A stretch of 44,026 bases of DNA. Origin: Candidatus Magasanikbacteria bacterium RIFOXYC2_FULL_40_16 (GTDB lineage Bacteria > Patescibacteriota > Patescibacteriia > Magasanikbacterales > UBA922). The DNA is taken from the NCBI GenBank assembly GCA_001783185.1, contig MFQY01000053.1, positions 1-44,026 on the forward strand, given 5' to 3'. Below, piece after piece: positions 32,839 to 40,694 of this stretch. Each line of letters opens with the position of its first letter. The first letter of the stretch is position 1. The position numbers were made by a program, and so were the translations under genes. Below the pieces are notes generated by a model, which saw nothing but the letters and a program-made list of their open reading frames with translations, ran no database searches and was not told where the DNA came from.

Positions 32839-33591
32839 ATGGAAAAATGGGAACTTATTTCTTTAGAAACCGATTATAGTGGCGAAACGGTCGCCGAGTT
32901 CTTGGAAAAAGAAGCCGGTCTGCCGATTAAAAGGCGGATGCAACACAAAAGAAAAGAATACATTGTTAAATTAAAACAAAGAATAATCCGCATTATAAGC
33001 GAAGCGGTCGGCGCGAGCAAAAACAGAAAAATGGTCGTGATGGGAAGCGGGTCTTTCCACCACTACACTTACGGTTTATGCAAACACGCCGACAAAATCA
33101 GCCAAAACTACGGCTATATCCATTTTGACCAACACGACGATTACCAGTACGAAGAAGAATTGGGATACCGAGACAAACAACGGCTAGGCTGTGGCTCATT
33201 CGTTAAAGATATTCTTGAAGACACAAACGCGTCCGCCGCGCTATTCATCGGTTCAGTCCCGCCAAAGCCAATTCTTGTGCCCGGCAAAAGGCATCTACAT
33301 ATCAAAGACAAAGAAATCGCCTCCGGAAACTGGTTTGAGAAACTTCAAAAAAAACTAGCCTGGCTTCCTTTCGAAGTATATCTGTCGTTTGACCTGGATG
33401 TTATGGAGGGAAAAGCCATAACAACCGCGTGGAGTCCGGGTTTTATGACGACAAAAGATTTGCTTAGGGCAATCGCCATAATCAAAAAAAGCAAAAAGAT
33501 TATCGGCGCTGATATCATAGGATACGGCGGAGCCGACAACATCGTCCCCGGGCGAGAACTGTATCAAAAAATAATCAAAGCTCTGTCATAA
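32839..33591 (+). CDS. divergent arginase/ureohydrolase-fold protein
   Basis: Motifs are spaced as in the arginase family: GSGSFHHYT (compare GGDHS), IHFDQHDDY (compare DAHxD) and LSFDLDVMEG (compare SxDxDxxD). The residues are non-canonical. Confidence 0.4.
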   Translation: MEKWELISLETDYSGETVAEFLEKEAGLPIKRRMQHKRKEYIVKLKQRIIRIISEAVGASKNRKMVVMGSGSFHHYTYGLCKHADKISQNYGYIHFDQHDDYQYEEELGYRDKQRLGCGSFVKDILEDTNASAALFIGSVPPKPILVPGKRHLHIKDKEIASGNWFEKLQKKLAWLPFEVYLSFDLDVMEGKAITTAWSPGFMTTKDLLRAIAIIKKSKKIIGADIIGYGGADNIVPGRELYQKIIKALS

Positions 33592-33686
33592 AATAATGAC
33601 GCAAACAAAATTAGAAAAGATAACCGCCTCAAAAAGGCTAAAGCCCAAGCGTCCAAAACGCGCGGGCTTTTAAAATTCACCAAAAA

Positions 33687-34661
33687 ATGGTATTTTACAT
33701 ATATATGACAAGGCTTTTTGCTACTATAAATAATAAATACATCTTGTTTGTATTTTTTTTGTTTTTCTCATTATTTTCAGCCAAACATGCGTCCGCCGTT
33801 ACCGTCAACTCCGGTTTTGTCAGCGGTATTTGGTATTCGCAAACTCCGTTTTTCGCGGAAGATGACATCAGAATCTACACTGCCATACAAAACGAATCCG
33901 GCTTTGATATCACAGGAACAATCCGGTTTTACGACGGCGAAGAAATAATCGGCGAATCGGAATTTTCCTCAATCAGCGGACATCTAATAGAAGAATGGGC
34001 TGATTGGCATGTGACCGAAGGCGAACACCGAATCAAAGTGGAAATAGTCAACCCTGTGAAATCTTCCCCCGGCTCTGATTCGGAACCGATTACATTATTA
34101 TCAAGCTCATCACCAATAGACGCGCGCTACGCGGATATTGATACGGACAAAGACAGAATCGGCAATAAAAAAGACCCTGACGATGATAATGACGGATTGA
34201 CTGATGAAGAAGAGGCTGATTTAGGAACAAACCCATTGATAGCCGACACGGATAATGACGGCACCGGCGACAAACAAGAATTTGAACCGGAAAAAACCGA
34301 CGAGAATAAAGCCGTGGAAATAAAACCAGAAGAAAAAACCGACAGCGCGAAAACAAATGAAGACGAGCAGACAAAAATCGTCAATACTTTAAAAAATATT
34401 TTAAACTCAATTGATAACGGTGTGGAAACCGCGCTGAAAAAAATCATTTTAACTTTGGAAAAAAAATCCAGCAGTCTGGAAGCGGAATTGCAAGATGAAA
34501 AAAATCCGGACAACAAAAAAAGTTTCTTTAAAAACTTTTATTCAGTAATACTTCCTGTCTTCATCCGGATATTTAATAACCGATGGGCGGCCTATGTTTT
34601 GATATTTATAATCTTGGTTATAATTTGGAAAATCTTCCGGTTTTTCAGAAGAAGGCGGTAA
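33687..34661 (+). CDS. secreted/anchored protein with thrombospondin-type-3-like Ca-binding Asp repeats and a C-terminal TM anchor
   Basis: Signal peptide (probable start at 33705, MTRLF..). DTDKDRIGNKKDPDDDNDGLTDEEEADLGTNPLIADTDNDGTGD. C-terminal transmembrane segment followed by RRRR. Confidence 0.55.
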   Translation: MVFYIYMTRLFATINNKYILFVFFLFFSLFSAKHASAVTVNSGFVSGIWYSQTPFFAEDDIRIYTAIQNESGFDITGTIRFYDGEEIIGESEFSSISGHLIEEWADWHVTEGEHRIKVEIVNPVKSSPGSDSEPITLLSSSSPIDARYADIDTDKDRIGNKKDPDDDNDGLTDEEEADLGTNPLIADTDNDGTGDKQEFEPEKTDENKAVEIKPEEKTDSAKTNEDEQTKIVNTLKNILNSIDNGVETALKKIILTLEKKSSSLEAELQDEKNPDNKKSFFKNFYSVILPVFIRIFNNRWAAYVLIFIILVIIWKIFRFFRRRR

Positions 34662-34668
34662 AACAAAA

Positions 34669-34694
34669 ATCCCCCTTGCGTAAGCAAGGGGGAT
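34669..34694. terminator. bidirectional terminator between convergent surface-protein genes
   Basis: ATCCCCCTTGC-GTAA-GCAAGGGGGAT with flanking A-rich and T-rich runs. Confidence 0.75.
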
Positions 34695-34705
34695 TTTATT
34701 ATTTT

Positions 34706-37456
34706 CTATAACGCCCCGCCACTAAGAGGATTAAAGCCATTATTCACTTCCCTGCCATCTAAAAACCCATCATCATCAGAATCATCATCATCCGGATCAG
34801 TTCCATAAAACCCTTCCTGCAAATTGCTCAAACCGTCTCTGTCAAAATCCTGTTCCGTAAAATCAATCGCCAAATCCGTCTGGTATTCATTCACTTTGGC
34901 TCCGCTGACCGTTAACACGGATTCCCACTCAAAACCAAGCGCCAAAAATATTCTCTCACTGGTAATGATTCTCCTTCGGTTATTTGAAATCAAATAAACT
35001 ATCGGACTGTTTTCGCTTTTTATAAGACTCCCCTCTTTGACCGCTTCATCGTTTGACATATACACCAGCGGCAACCCTTCTTCATAATCTTCAATTATCT
35101 CCGGACTCAAAACTAAAATATCGCTCCATCTGTATCCTCTTGATTCAAACGCCTGCCCCGTAGTGAACGGCCTCTTTTTCGCGCTCTCAATCAAATATAC
35201 TGCCGGACTGTCGCTTGATTTTACCACGCTTCCTTCCCGCACATCTTGAGCTGTCGCCACAAAAACCACCGCTTCCCCTTCTTCCAAAGCGGACAAAGAC
35301 GCAATACTGACAATAACAATATCGCTCCACTCATGTCCTGCCCCCAAAAATGCCTGACCGGTCGCGAACGGTCTTTTCTTTCCCTCCTCAATTAAATACA
35401 CGGTGGGATTATCACTGCTCTTGACCACACTGCCCTCAACTATCGCTCCGGCGGATACGCCCAAATCGTCGCCAATTTCATAGCCATCCAATTCTTCTTG
35501 TGAAACATTGATGACATTTTCCCACTTATATCCGTATTTGGCGAAAACATCCAAACTGGAAATATATCTCAACTGGCCGTCCAACAATACATAAGTTTTC
35601 CCGGTAGTGATGGATCTAAGCAAAGAATTATTTGGTCTTGTGACTGCCGGACGAGGGTCGGAAATGGATTCAATCGCGACCGTCTCCAAATTCTTTACCA
35701 AATTGACCGTAGTCAAGAAACCATCTTTTACAACCAAATTAAACTTAGTCGTACTGCCGGCGCCGACCGCGTAAGTTCCTCCCGGCACTCGTATATCCGC
35801 GTAGCCTTTGTCGCCGGTGTTTACAGAAATAAGCTTTGTTCCTAAAATTTCAGTCTTAGCCAAATCATAATTTTGTTTGTATAAAGACGCGGCGACATTT
35901 TTCACCAGTTTGCCTTCGCCATCACGCGCCACCACGCGAACCACGCTCAACGTCAAATTAATTGTAGGCGCTTGTTCATTCACAATTTCTTTATCCCAAA
36001 AATAATAATACTCGGCAGTCGTGCCCTTGACTTTGAAAGCATAAACCGCCGGCGGGAAATAAAACTCGGTCAAACCGAACTCTCTGGTATTTTTCGTCTT
36101 TAAAACTTTTCCGACCGCGTAATTCCCTTCCGCGTCTTTCAATTGTTCCACCAAAGAAATCGGAATATCGCGAAGTAGATTGCCATCAGCATCTTTCAAA
36201 ATAATTTTTAAAGCGCTCAAAACTTTTTCCAAATTCAAGATTCCTCTTTCCGCCAAAACATTACTTTGATAAAGATTTTTTTGCCCGTCAGGGCCGGTCA
36301 ATTCAACCGTGTATGTGCCTGGCGGAATAAAAAACTTCACCACGCCATTGTCGCCGGTATTTCCGGACGCGACCACATCCCCCAATAAAATCTTGCCATC
36401 AATATTTTCAGTCTGTTTATAAATTTTAACGGCGATATTGCTTTGCAGTTGATTATCAAAACCGCGGGCGGTGACGGAAATCGTCGCCAGCCTATAATTC
36501 AAATTATAACTTTGCGTTTCATTGATTGTCTGATCCCACAAATAAATCAGATTAGTTCCGGTGCCGGCAAAAGTCATTACATAAGTGCCATTGGGCAAAT
36601 AAAGGCTTTTCTGTCCGGTCAGGCCGGTCGTGTAAGTCCCCATTTTTGTTCCTAATACCCTGACACCATCAGTATTGGTAACTTGCTGATAGACACTAAA
36701 ACTGTTGTTGGGTAATAAATTACCAGCTCCATCGCGGACAACAATAGATACATTGCTGAGAATATAATCAACCACGGTTTCCCTGCCCGAATTAACCACG
36801 ATATCCTCTCTTTGATAACTCAAACCGACATCAGACGGAACCTTAATCAAATAACGTCCCGGCGCGACAAAAATTTCTTTCTCGCCATAATCTCCGGTGG
36901 TAAAAGTCTTGCTGACCGCGTCGCCAATTATAATATTCCCTTCTCTATCAGAATCTTGTTCATACAATTCAAACTTTTTATTTTTCAAAGAAGTCCCATC
37001 CAAATTCCTTAATATGACTTTTACACTGCTCAAAGTGGAAGTTTCCGTGTATTGATTTCCACAGGCGTAGGTTCTGTCCCAAACAATATATTCACCGACA
37101 CTCGCGTTTGTTTCATAAAGTTTAATCACAAATTTTGCGGCCGCGCCCGTTTCCGGATTATTGTACGCGTCAGGATGAAAAGTGGTGGTACCGATTCCGG
37201 TAGAATCAATCGTGCCGGTTTTTAAAGACTTCCCCAACAATTTATCGCCATCCACATTTTTGTCCTGCAAATATAATCCCCATTTAATATCGCCGACAAG
37301 TTCCCCGCCGGAGTCTCTGGCGACGATATTTAATTCGGTTATTTGTCCGCTGGCGCAAGCCAAGGCTTTTTCCGTCGGGCTGAACAAACAAGCAACCCCC
37401 AACACTATAACAATAAAAGGTACACAAAAATTTCGCAAAAGTCTAACTGACCGCAT
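34706..37456 (-). CDS. large secreted repeat protein (916 aa): ~6 Ig/CarboxypepD_reg-like beta-sandwich repeats, 4 copies of a ~55-aa repeat, and a C-terminal TSP3-like Asp-rich motif
   Basis: Signal peptide. Repeated pattern V.V..RD..G..L.N....LY.Q......G..LG...T...G......P.GTY. Repeated GSVVKSSD.P.VYLIE..KKRPF.TGQAF...G..WSDI. The protein ends DFDRDGLSNLQEGFYGTDPDDDDSDDDGFLDG. Confidence 0.65.
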   Translation of the reverse strand: MRSVRLLRNFCVPFIVIVLGVACLFSPTEKALACASGQITELNIVARDSGGELVGDIKWGLYLQDKNVDGDKLLGKSLKTGTIDSTGIGTTTFHPDAYNNPETGAAAKFVIKLYETNASVGEYIVWDRTYACGNQYTETSTLSSVKVILRNLDGTSLKNKKFELYEQDSDREGNIIIGDAVSKTFTTGDYGEKEIFVAPGRYLIKVPSDVGLSYQREDIVVNSGRETVVDYILSNVSIVVRDGAGNLLPNNSFSVYQQVTNTDGVRVLGTKMGTYTTGLTGQKSLYLPNGTYVMTFAGTGTNLIYLWDQTINETQSYNLNYRLATISVTARGFDNQLQSNIAVKIYKQTENIDGKILLGDVVASGNTGDNGVVKFFIPPGTYTVELTGPDGQKNLYQSNVLAERGILNLEKVLSALKIILKDADGNLLRDIPISLVEQLKDAEGNYAVGKVLKTKNTREFGLTEFYFPPAVYAFKVKGTTAEYYYFWDKEIVNEQAPTINLTLSVVRVVARDGEGKLVKNVAASLYKQNYDLAKTEILGTKLISVNTGDKGYADIRVPGGTYAVGAGSTTKFNLVVKDGFLTTVNLVKNLETVAIESISDPRPAVTRPNNSLLRSITTGKTYVLLDGQLRYISSLDVFAKYGYKWENVINVSQEELDGYEIGDDLGVSAGAIVEGSVVKSSDNPTVYLIEEGKKRPFATGQAFLGAGHEWSDIVIVSIASLSALEEGEAVVFVATAQDVREGSVVKSSDSPAVYLIESAKKRPFTTGQAFESRGYRWSDILVLSPEIIEDYEEGLPLVYMSNDEAVKEGSLIKSENSPIVYLISNNRRRIITSERIFLALGFEWESVLTVSGAKVNEYQTDLAIDFTEQDFDRDGLSNLQEGFYGTDPDDDDSDDDGFLDGREVNNGFNPLSGGAL

Positions 37457-37539
37457 ACATAATATATTAGTTAATTTATGAATTAATTATAGCAAAACGC
37501 CCCCTTTATGTAAATTTACCCCTGGTTTTACGCCCAATA

Positions 37540-37623
37540 TTGACAGAATAAACCCCTTATATTATAATATCCCCAGTCTGTTATTGACAGACTCATGACA
37601 TAGTGTAAAAACTGTGTTATAAT
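37540..37623 (+). promoter_or_regulatory. two tandem sigma70-type promoters with no protein gene downstream
   Basis: P1: TTGACA at 37540-45, 17-nt spacer, TATAAT at 37563-68. P2: ATGACA at 37595-600, 17-nt spacer, TATAAT at 37618-23 preceded by TGt. Confidence 0.6.
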
Positions 37624-37629
37624 AATCAT

Positions 37630-37722
37630 GTATATAAGTATTGCTCTGCCTTGCGCAGGGCCAGCCCACTTATATACTGTATGGCAAAAACAAAAGAATC
37701 CCGACAAAATCGGGGTTTTTTT
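37630..37722 (+). ncRNA. candidate small RNA (~95 nt from P2; ~150 nt from P1)
   Basis: A 10-bp stem, GTATATAAGT (37630-39) with ACTTATATAC (37668-77), encloses a GC-rich loop. The terminator CCCGA-CAAAA-TCGGG plus T7 follows at 37700-37722. The overlapping 99-aa ORF runs through the terminator and repeats, so it is unlikely to be coding. Confidence 0.4.
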
Positions 37723-37811
37723 GTTGATATTATTTCGTCATCCTAAACTTAATAGAAAGGTTCCGTCTTGTCCCCTATCATTGCGAGTGTCCACTTTTCT
37801 CCCCCTATCAG

Positions 37812-37845
37812 GTAAGGGAACATTTATCCCGATTTTACATCGGGA
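37812..37845 (-). repeat. third copy of the hairpin module (TCCCGATGTAAAATCGGGA-TAAATGTTCCCTTAC), downstream of tRNA-Val
   Basis: Same two-hairpin module as at 31003-31036 and 39199-39235, but not preceded by a recognisable tRNA fragment. Confidence 0.7.
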
Positions 37846-37932
37846 GGGAGTCAGAGGGGGTCTTTTTCCATCATCCCGCTTGTCCCGTCACTGGCGGGAA
37901 GCAAAGTCAAGGTGTCTCTTGATATAAAATAG

Positions 37933-38006
37933 TGCTCGCAACTGGATTCGAACCAGTGACCTTTGCAATGTGAATGCAACGCTCTAACCAACTGAGCCAT
38001 GCGAGC
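37933..38006 (-). tRNA. tRNA-Val(CAC)
   Basis: GCTCGCA TG GCTC AGTTGGTTA GAGC G TTGCA TTCACAT TGCAA AGGTC ACTGG TTCGAAT CCAGT TGCGAGC A. CCA is not encoded. Confidence 0.9.
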
Positions 38007-38273
38007 ATTTTAGTAAAACAATCTTACAGCAAAAAAAGTAAAAGTTCAAGTCCTTTTCTCATCAAAAAATACCCTTGCGGGTTTGTTTTTATCCTGTACC
38101 ATTTTGAAGCAGGACTAATCCAAGAACTTTAGCGCCACAATTTGCTATTCCTAAATTTTAGGCAAGTAACCACAATCACAATCCACGACTGCAACATTAT
38201 GGGTTTCCTTTTATACCCTTATTGTAGAATAATAATTAATAACCCCAATTTTACACCTCTCCTAAATTAATAA

Positions 38274-38298
38274 GGCACCTTGATCTGTCAAGGTGCCC
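38274..38298 (-). terminator. intrinsic terminator after the 232-aa orphan gene
   Basis: GGCACCTTGA-TCTG-TCAAGGTGCC; on the minus strand it is followed by TTATTAATTT. Confidence 0.6.
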
Positions 38299-38311
38299 AA
38301 AATAGATACTA

Positions 38312-39010
38312 TTATGCCTTTTCCCCCCAAAGAACGGCATCAATCCTTTTCAAGGATACATCCGAACCATTACCTGTAAACAGGGCTACAATTTCTATCC
38401 ACAATGCTTCAGCATTGGCTTGACCAACCTCCAAGCGCTCAACAATTTCTTTAATGAAATAGTCCTTGGGTATGTATTGACCCTTCATTTGAAGACCATC
38501 CGCGGTAAGACAAGCCACATCTTCTTCATCAGAAAAGATACAACCAAATGTCAAAACCAATTTGGTTATGGCAAGATATGTACGAAGTAACGCCGGAGCA
38601 ATTTCTCCAAGCAACGGACTTGGGGCTATCCTTTCATACGAATTCAAACTACCAATTGATAGGCCATGTTGTACCGCGGGGGCAAGCCCGGCCAACACAC
38701 TTTGCGCGGCGGTCAGAACTTGTCTTTGTTGATTCGCGACTAATACTTGCGACAAACGAAGATCTTCTATGCCCTCTTGGTCCAGTTCGCAAGCAGGGTC
38801 AATTGCATCCTCAATAATTGCCTGAACTTCAATGAAGTTTTTTCTATTTTCTTCCTGCACAAGTGCTTCATCAATTATTTTTTTACAGGCTTCGCAAGTC
38901 GCTACATGAATAGAGAACGACTGTATCTGCAATGTTACTTCATCCTGGATACCTTTATCATCCGGGTTTAAAAAAAGTTCCCTCAATAGATCACAAAATG
39001 TTTTTGCCAT
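38312..39010 (-). CDS. hypothetical protein (232 aa), GC-richer
   Basis: ORF only, starting 39 nt downstream of tRNA-Pro. No family recognised. Confidence 0.5.
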   Translation of the reverse strand: MAKTFCDLLRELFLNPDDKGIQDEVTLQIQSFSIHVATCEACKKIIDEALVQEENRKNFIEVQAIIEDAIDPACELDQEGIEDLRLSQVLVANQQRQVLTAAQSVLAGLAPAVQHGLSIGSLNSYERIAPSPLLGEIAPALLRTYLAITKLVLTFGCIFSDEEDVACLTADGLQMKGQYIPKDYFIKEIVERLEVGQANAEALWIEIVALFTGNGSDVSLKRIDAVLWGEKA

Positions 39011-39048
39011 CGTCTTTTTCCTTTTCTAAGTGGATTTATAACCACACG

Positions 39049-39122
39049 TCGGAGTGAAAGGACTTGAACCTTCGACCCTCTGGTCCCAAACCAGATGCTC
39101 TAGCCAACTGAGCTACACTCCG
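39049..39122 (-). tRNA. tRNA-Pro(UGG)
   Basis: CGGAGTG TA GCTC AGTTGGCTA GAGC A TCTGG TTTGGGA CCAGA GGGTC GAAGG TTCAAGT CCTTT CACTCCG A. Confidence 0.9.
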
Positions 39123-39198
39123 ATATTTTATTGAATTTTATAATACAAATTTTTTAGTTGCGCTTACTTTGATTGTATATTAAAGCGAAGTTGTCCCA

Positions 39199-39247
39199 AC
39201 TGTAAGGGAACACTTACCCCGACCTTGCGTCGGGGAGCTACACTCCG
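39199..39247 (-). repeat. orphan tRNA-Pro 5' fragment (nt 1-12, CGGAGTGTAGCT) fused to the hairpin module CCCCGACGCAAGGTCGGGG-TAAGTGTTCCCTTAC-AGTT
   Basis: The 12 nt at 39236-39247 are identical to the 5' end of the intact tRNA-Pro about 115 nt downstream. Confidence 0.8.
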
Positions 39248-39261
39248 ATATAAAATTTTTG

Positions 39262-39942
39262 TTAAATCTGTTTTTTCAATCCGTCAATCCATCCAATTAA
39301 TTTATAAAAAAGTTTGGTGTTATATACTCTTAAATGGATAGTCCCGTATTTTAATATATTTTTACTTTTCCCCTTGCTCGCTGAACTTAAAGATCTCGAC
39401 ACTTTCATAAATTGATCTTTTTTTATTCCTGTCACTCTTGACCAATACTCTACAGCTTTATTACCAGATAAATTTCTATGTAAAATAACTTGTACTCTCA
39501 TTTTATCTTCTTCAACCTTACAAATCTCTCTAAAAAAACGCATCATCATCATAACCATAGTTGAATCAGAATTTGTAAAATCTACACACTTCCAAATACT
39601 TCCTTCCGCGCCTTTTTTATATCCCTCTCCCCAATATAATGAAATCCCCACAAGAAAAAGGTCATTTTCTCTTATTTTTTTTACCTCTTTAGCGGCCTTT
39701 TCACGTATTTCTTTTGCCCTCTCCTTGGCAAAAACTGTTTGTTCTTTGTTTCTACGAATTAATGCTTTCACACTTTTCTCATATACCCTATTTTCTATTC
39801 TAGTTTTCGCTTTTTTTGACAAAACTATATCTCTCAACCAATAAGAAAGTGTGCTTTTGGGGATTTTTAACGATTTACTTATTTCATTATAACTTTTCCC
39901 CAACTTGCGAAGTTTTATCGCATTTATTTTTTCTACCTTCAT
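39262..39942 (-). CDS. HTH plus single-motif LAGLIDADG-like homing-endonuclease-like protein (free-standing)
   Basis: N-terminal HTH (KSYNEISKSLKIPKSTLSYWL). DLFLVGISLYWGEGYK resembles the LAGLIDADG (L..G....GEG) motif. The size and the basic C-terminus fit the family. This is a motif-level call only. Confidence 0.45.
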   Translation of the reverse strand: MKVEKINAIKLRKLGKSYNEISKSLKIPKSTLSYWLRDIVLSKKAKTRIENRVYEKSVKALIRRNKEQTVFAKERAKEIREKAAKEVKKIRENDLFLVGISLYWGEGYKKGAEGSIWKCVDFTNSDSTMVMMMMRFFREICKVEEDKMRVQVILHRNLSGNKAVEYWSRVTGIKKDQFMKVSRSLSSASKGKSKNILKYGTIHLRVYNTKLFYKLIGWIDGLKKQI

Positions 39943-40004
39943 ATAAATTGAACTTACGGTAATTAGACATACAAATTATACCGTAAGTTCAAAATATATA
40001 CAAG

Positions 40005-40306
40005 TGCCGAGGGCGAGGATTGAACTCGCGACACGTGGATTTTCCAATTTATTATCTTGTGTTTCCACAAGGATCGGACTATATCATCACCCCGACTCAG
40101 TCGGGGGTTGGGCGCTAATGCGAGATTATTGTTGGGGCTCACTCGCTAGTCTCTACACCTTCCCCGATACTTTTACCCATCGGGGCTTGGCTCGGGATTA
40201 TCCGCTAGTCGACGGACTTCCCCGAATTCACCCAATTTTCTCATCTTAATTTACATTAAGAGGGACCGAAATTCAGTCCACTGCTCTACCACTGAGCTAC
40301 CTCGGC
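40005..40306 (-). tRNA. tRNA-Phe(GAA) interrupted by a group I intron (exons 40275-40306 and 40005-40044)
   Basis: Exon 1: GCCGAGG TA GCTC AGTGGTA GAGC A GTGGA CT. Exon 2: GAAAA TCCAC GTGTC GCGAG TTCAATC CTCGC CCTCGGC A. Joined, they give a canonical 72-nt tRNA-Phe. Confidence 0.85.
40045..40274 (-). ncRNA. group I intron (IC3-like), 230 nt, inserted between U33 and G34
   Basis: The 5' exon ends in U, which pairs as U-G in a P1 helix (GGACU with GGUCC at intron nt 8-12). The intron ends in G. The core strings AAUCCCGAGCCAAGCC.. and ..GGAAGGUGUAGAGACUAGCGAGUGAGCCCC.. and ..AUAGUCC.. resemble the cyanobacterial tRNA-Leu intron core (recalled from memory). Confidence 0.8.
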
Positions 40307-40340
40307 TTTTTCGTGATAGACAGACTCACAATAAAGTGAG

Positions 40341-40416
40341 TGGTGGACCCTACCGGATTTGAACCGGTCACCTCTTCCATGCCATGGAAGCATTCTACCA
40401 AATGAACTAAGGGCCC
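40341..40416 (-). tRNA. tRNA-Ala(GGC), CCA encoded
   Basis: GGGCCCT TA GTTC ATTTGGTA GAAT G CTTCC ATGGCAT GGAAG AGGTG ACCGG TTCAAAT CCGGT AGGGTCC A CCA, with G3:U70. Confidence 0.9.
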
Positions 40417-40419
40417 GTC

Positions 40420-40683
40420 TTATTTTAATTTAATAATTTTATTTTCAATAATATCTTCTATAATATCTCGTCTTTTTAATTTTTTAATCTTATATTCAAT
40501 GCATCTAGCCTGTTTTATATCATTATAAATTTGAAAAAATTTTAATTCCCATTTACCCTTATTTTTTGTCGCGATATTTTTACCGGAATTATGTTCAGCC
40601 ATTCTTCGATCTAAATCAATCGTTGACCCTATATAATACTTGCCCGCTAATTCGCTATATATAATATACAGATAACCTACCAT
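40420..40683 (-). CDS. small GIY-YIG nuclease-family protein (87 aa)
   Basis: MVGYLYIIYSELAGKYYIGSTIDLDRRMAEHNSG...; paralogue of the N-terminal domain of 2349-3137. Its stop codon lies 3 nt from the tRNA-Ala 5' end. The start is taken at 40683; the longer ORF reads into the pseudo-tRNA. Confidence 0.75.
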   Translation of the reverse strand: MVGYLYIIYSELAGKYYIGSTIDLDRRMAEHNSGKNIATKNKGKWELKFFQIYNDIKQARCIEYKIKKLKRRDIIEDIIENKIIKLK

Positions 40684-40694
40684 AATATTATTTA

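Noticed and set aside
37628-37927. 99-aa plus-strand ORF
   Set aside because: It reads through an intrinsic terminator and several palindromic repeats and gives a low-complexity Arg/Pro/Ser-rich peptide. The region is better explained as a candidate sRNA plus repeat elements.
40004-40249. 81-aa plus-strand ORF
   Set aside because: It lies entirely antisense within tRNA-Phe exon 2 and the group I intron. There is no SD, and the intron explains the sequence.
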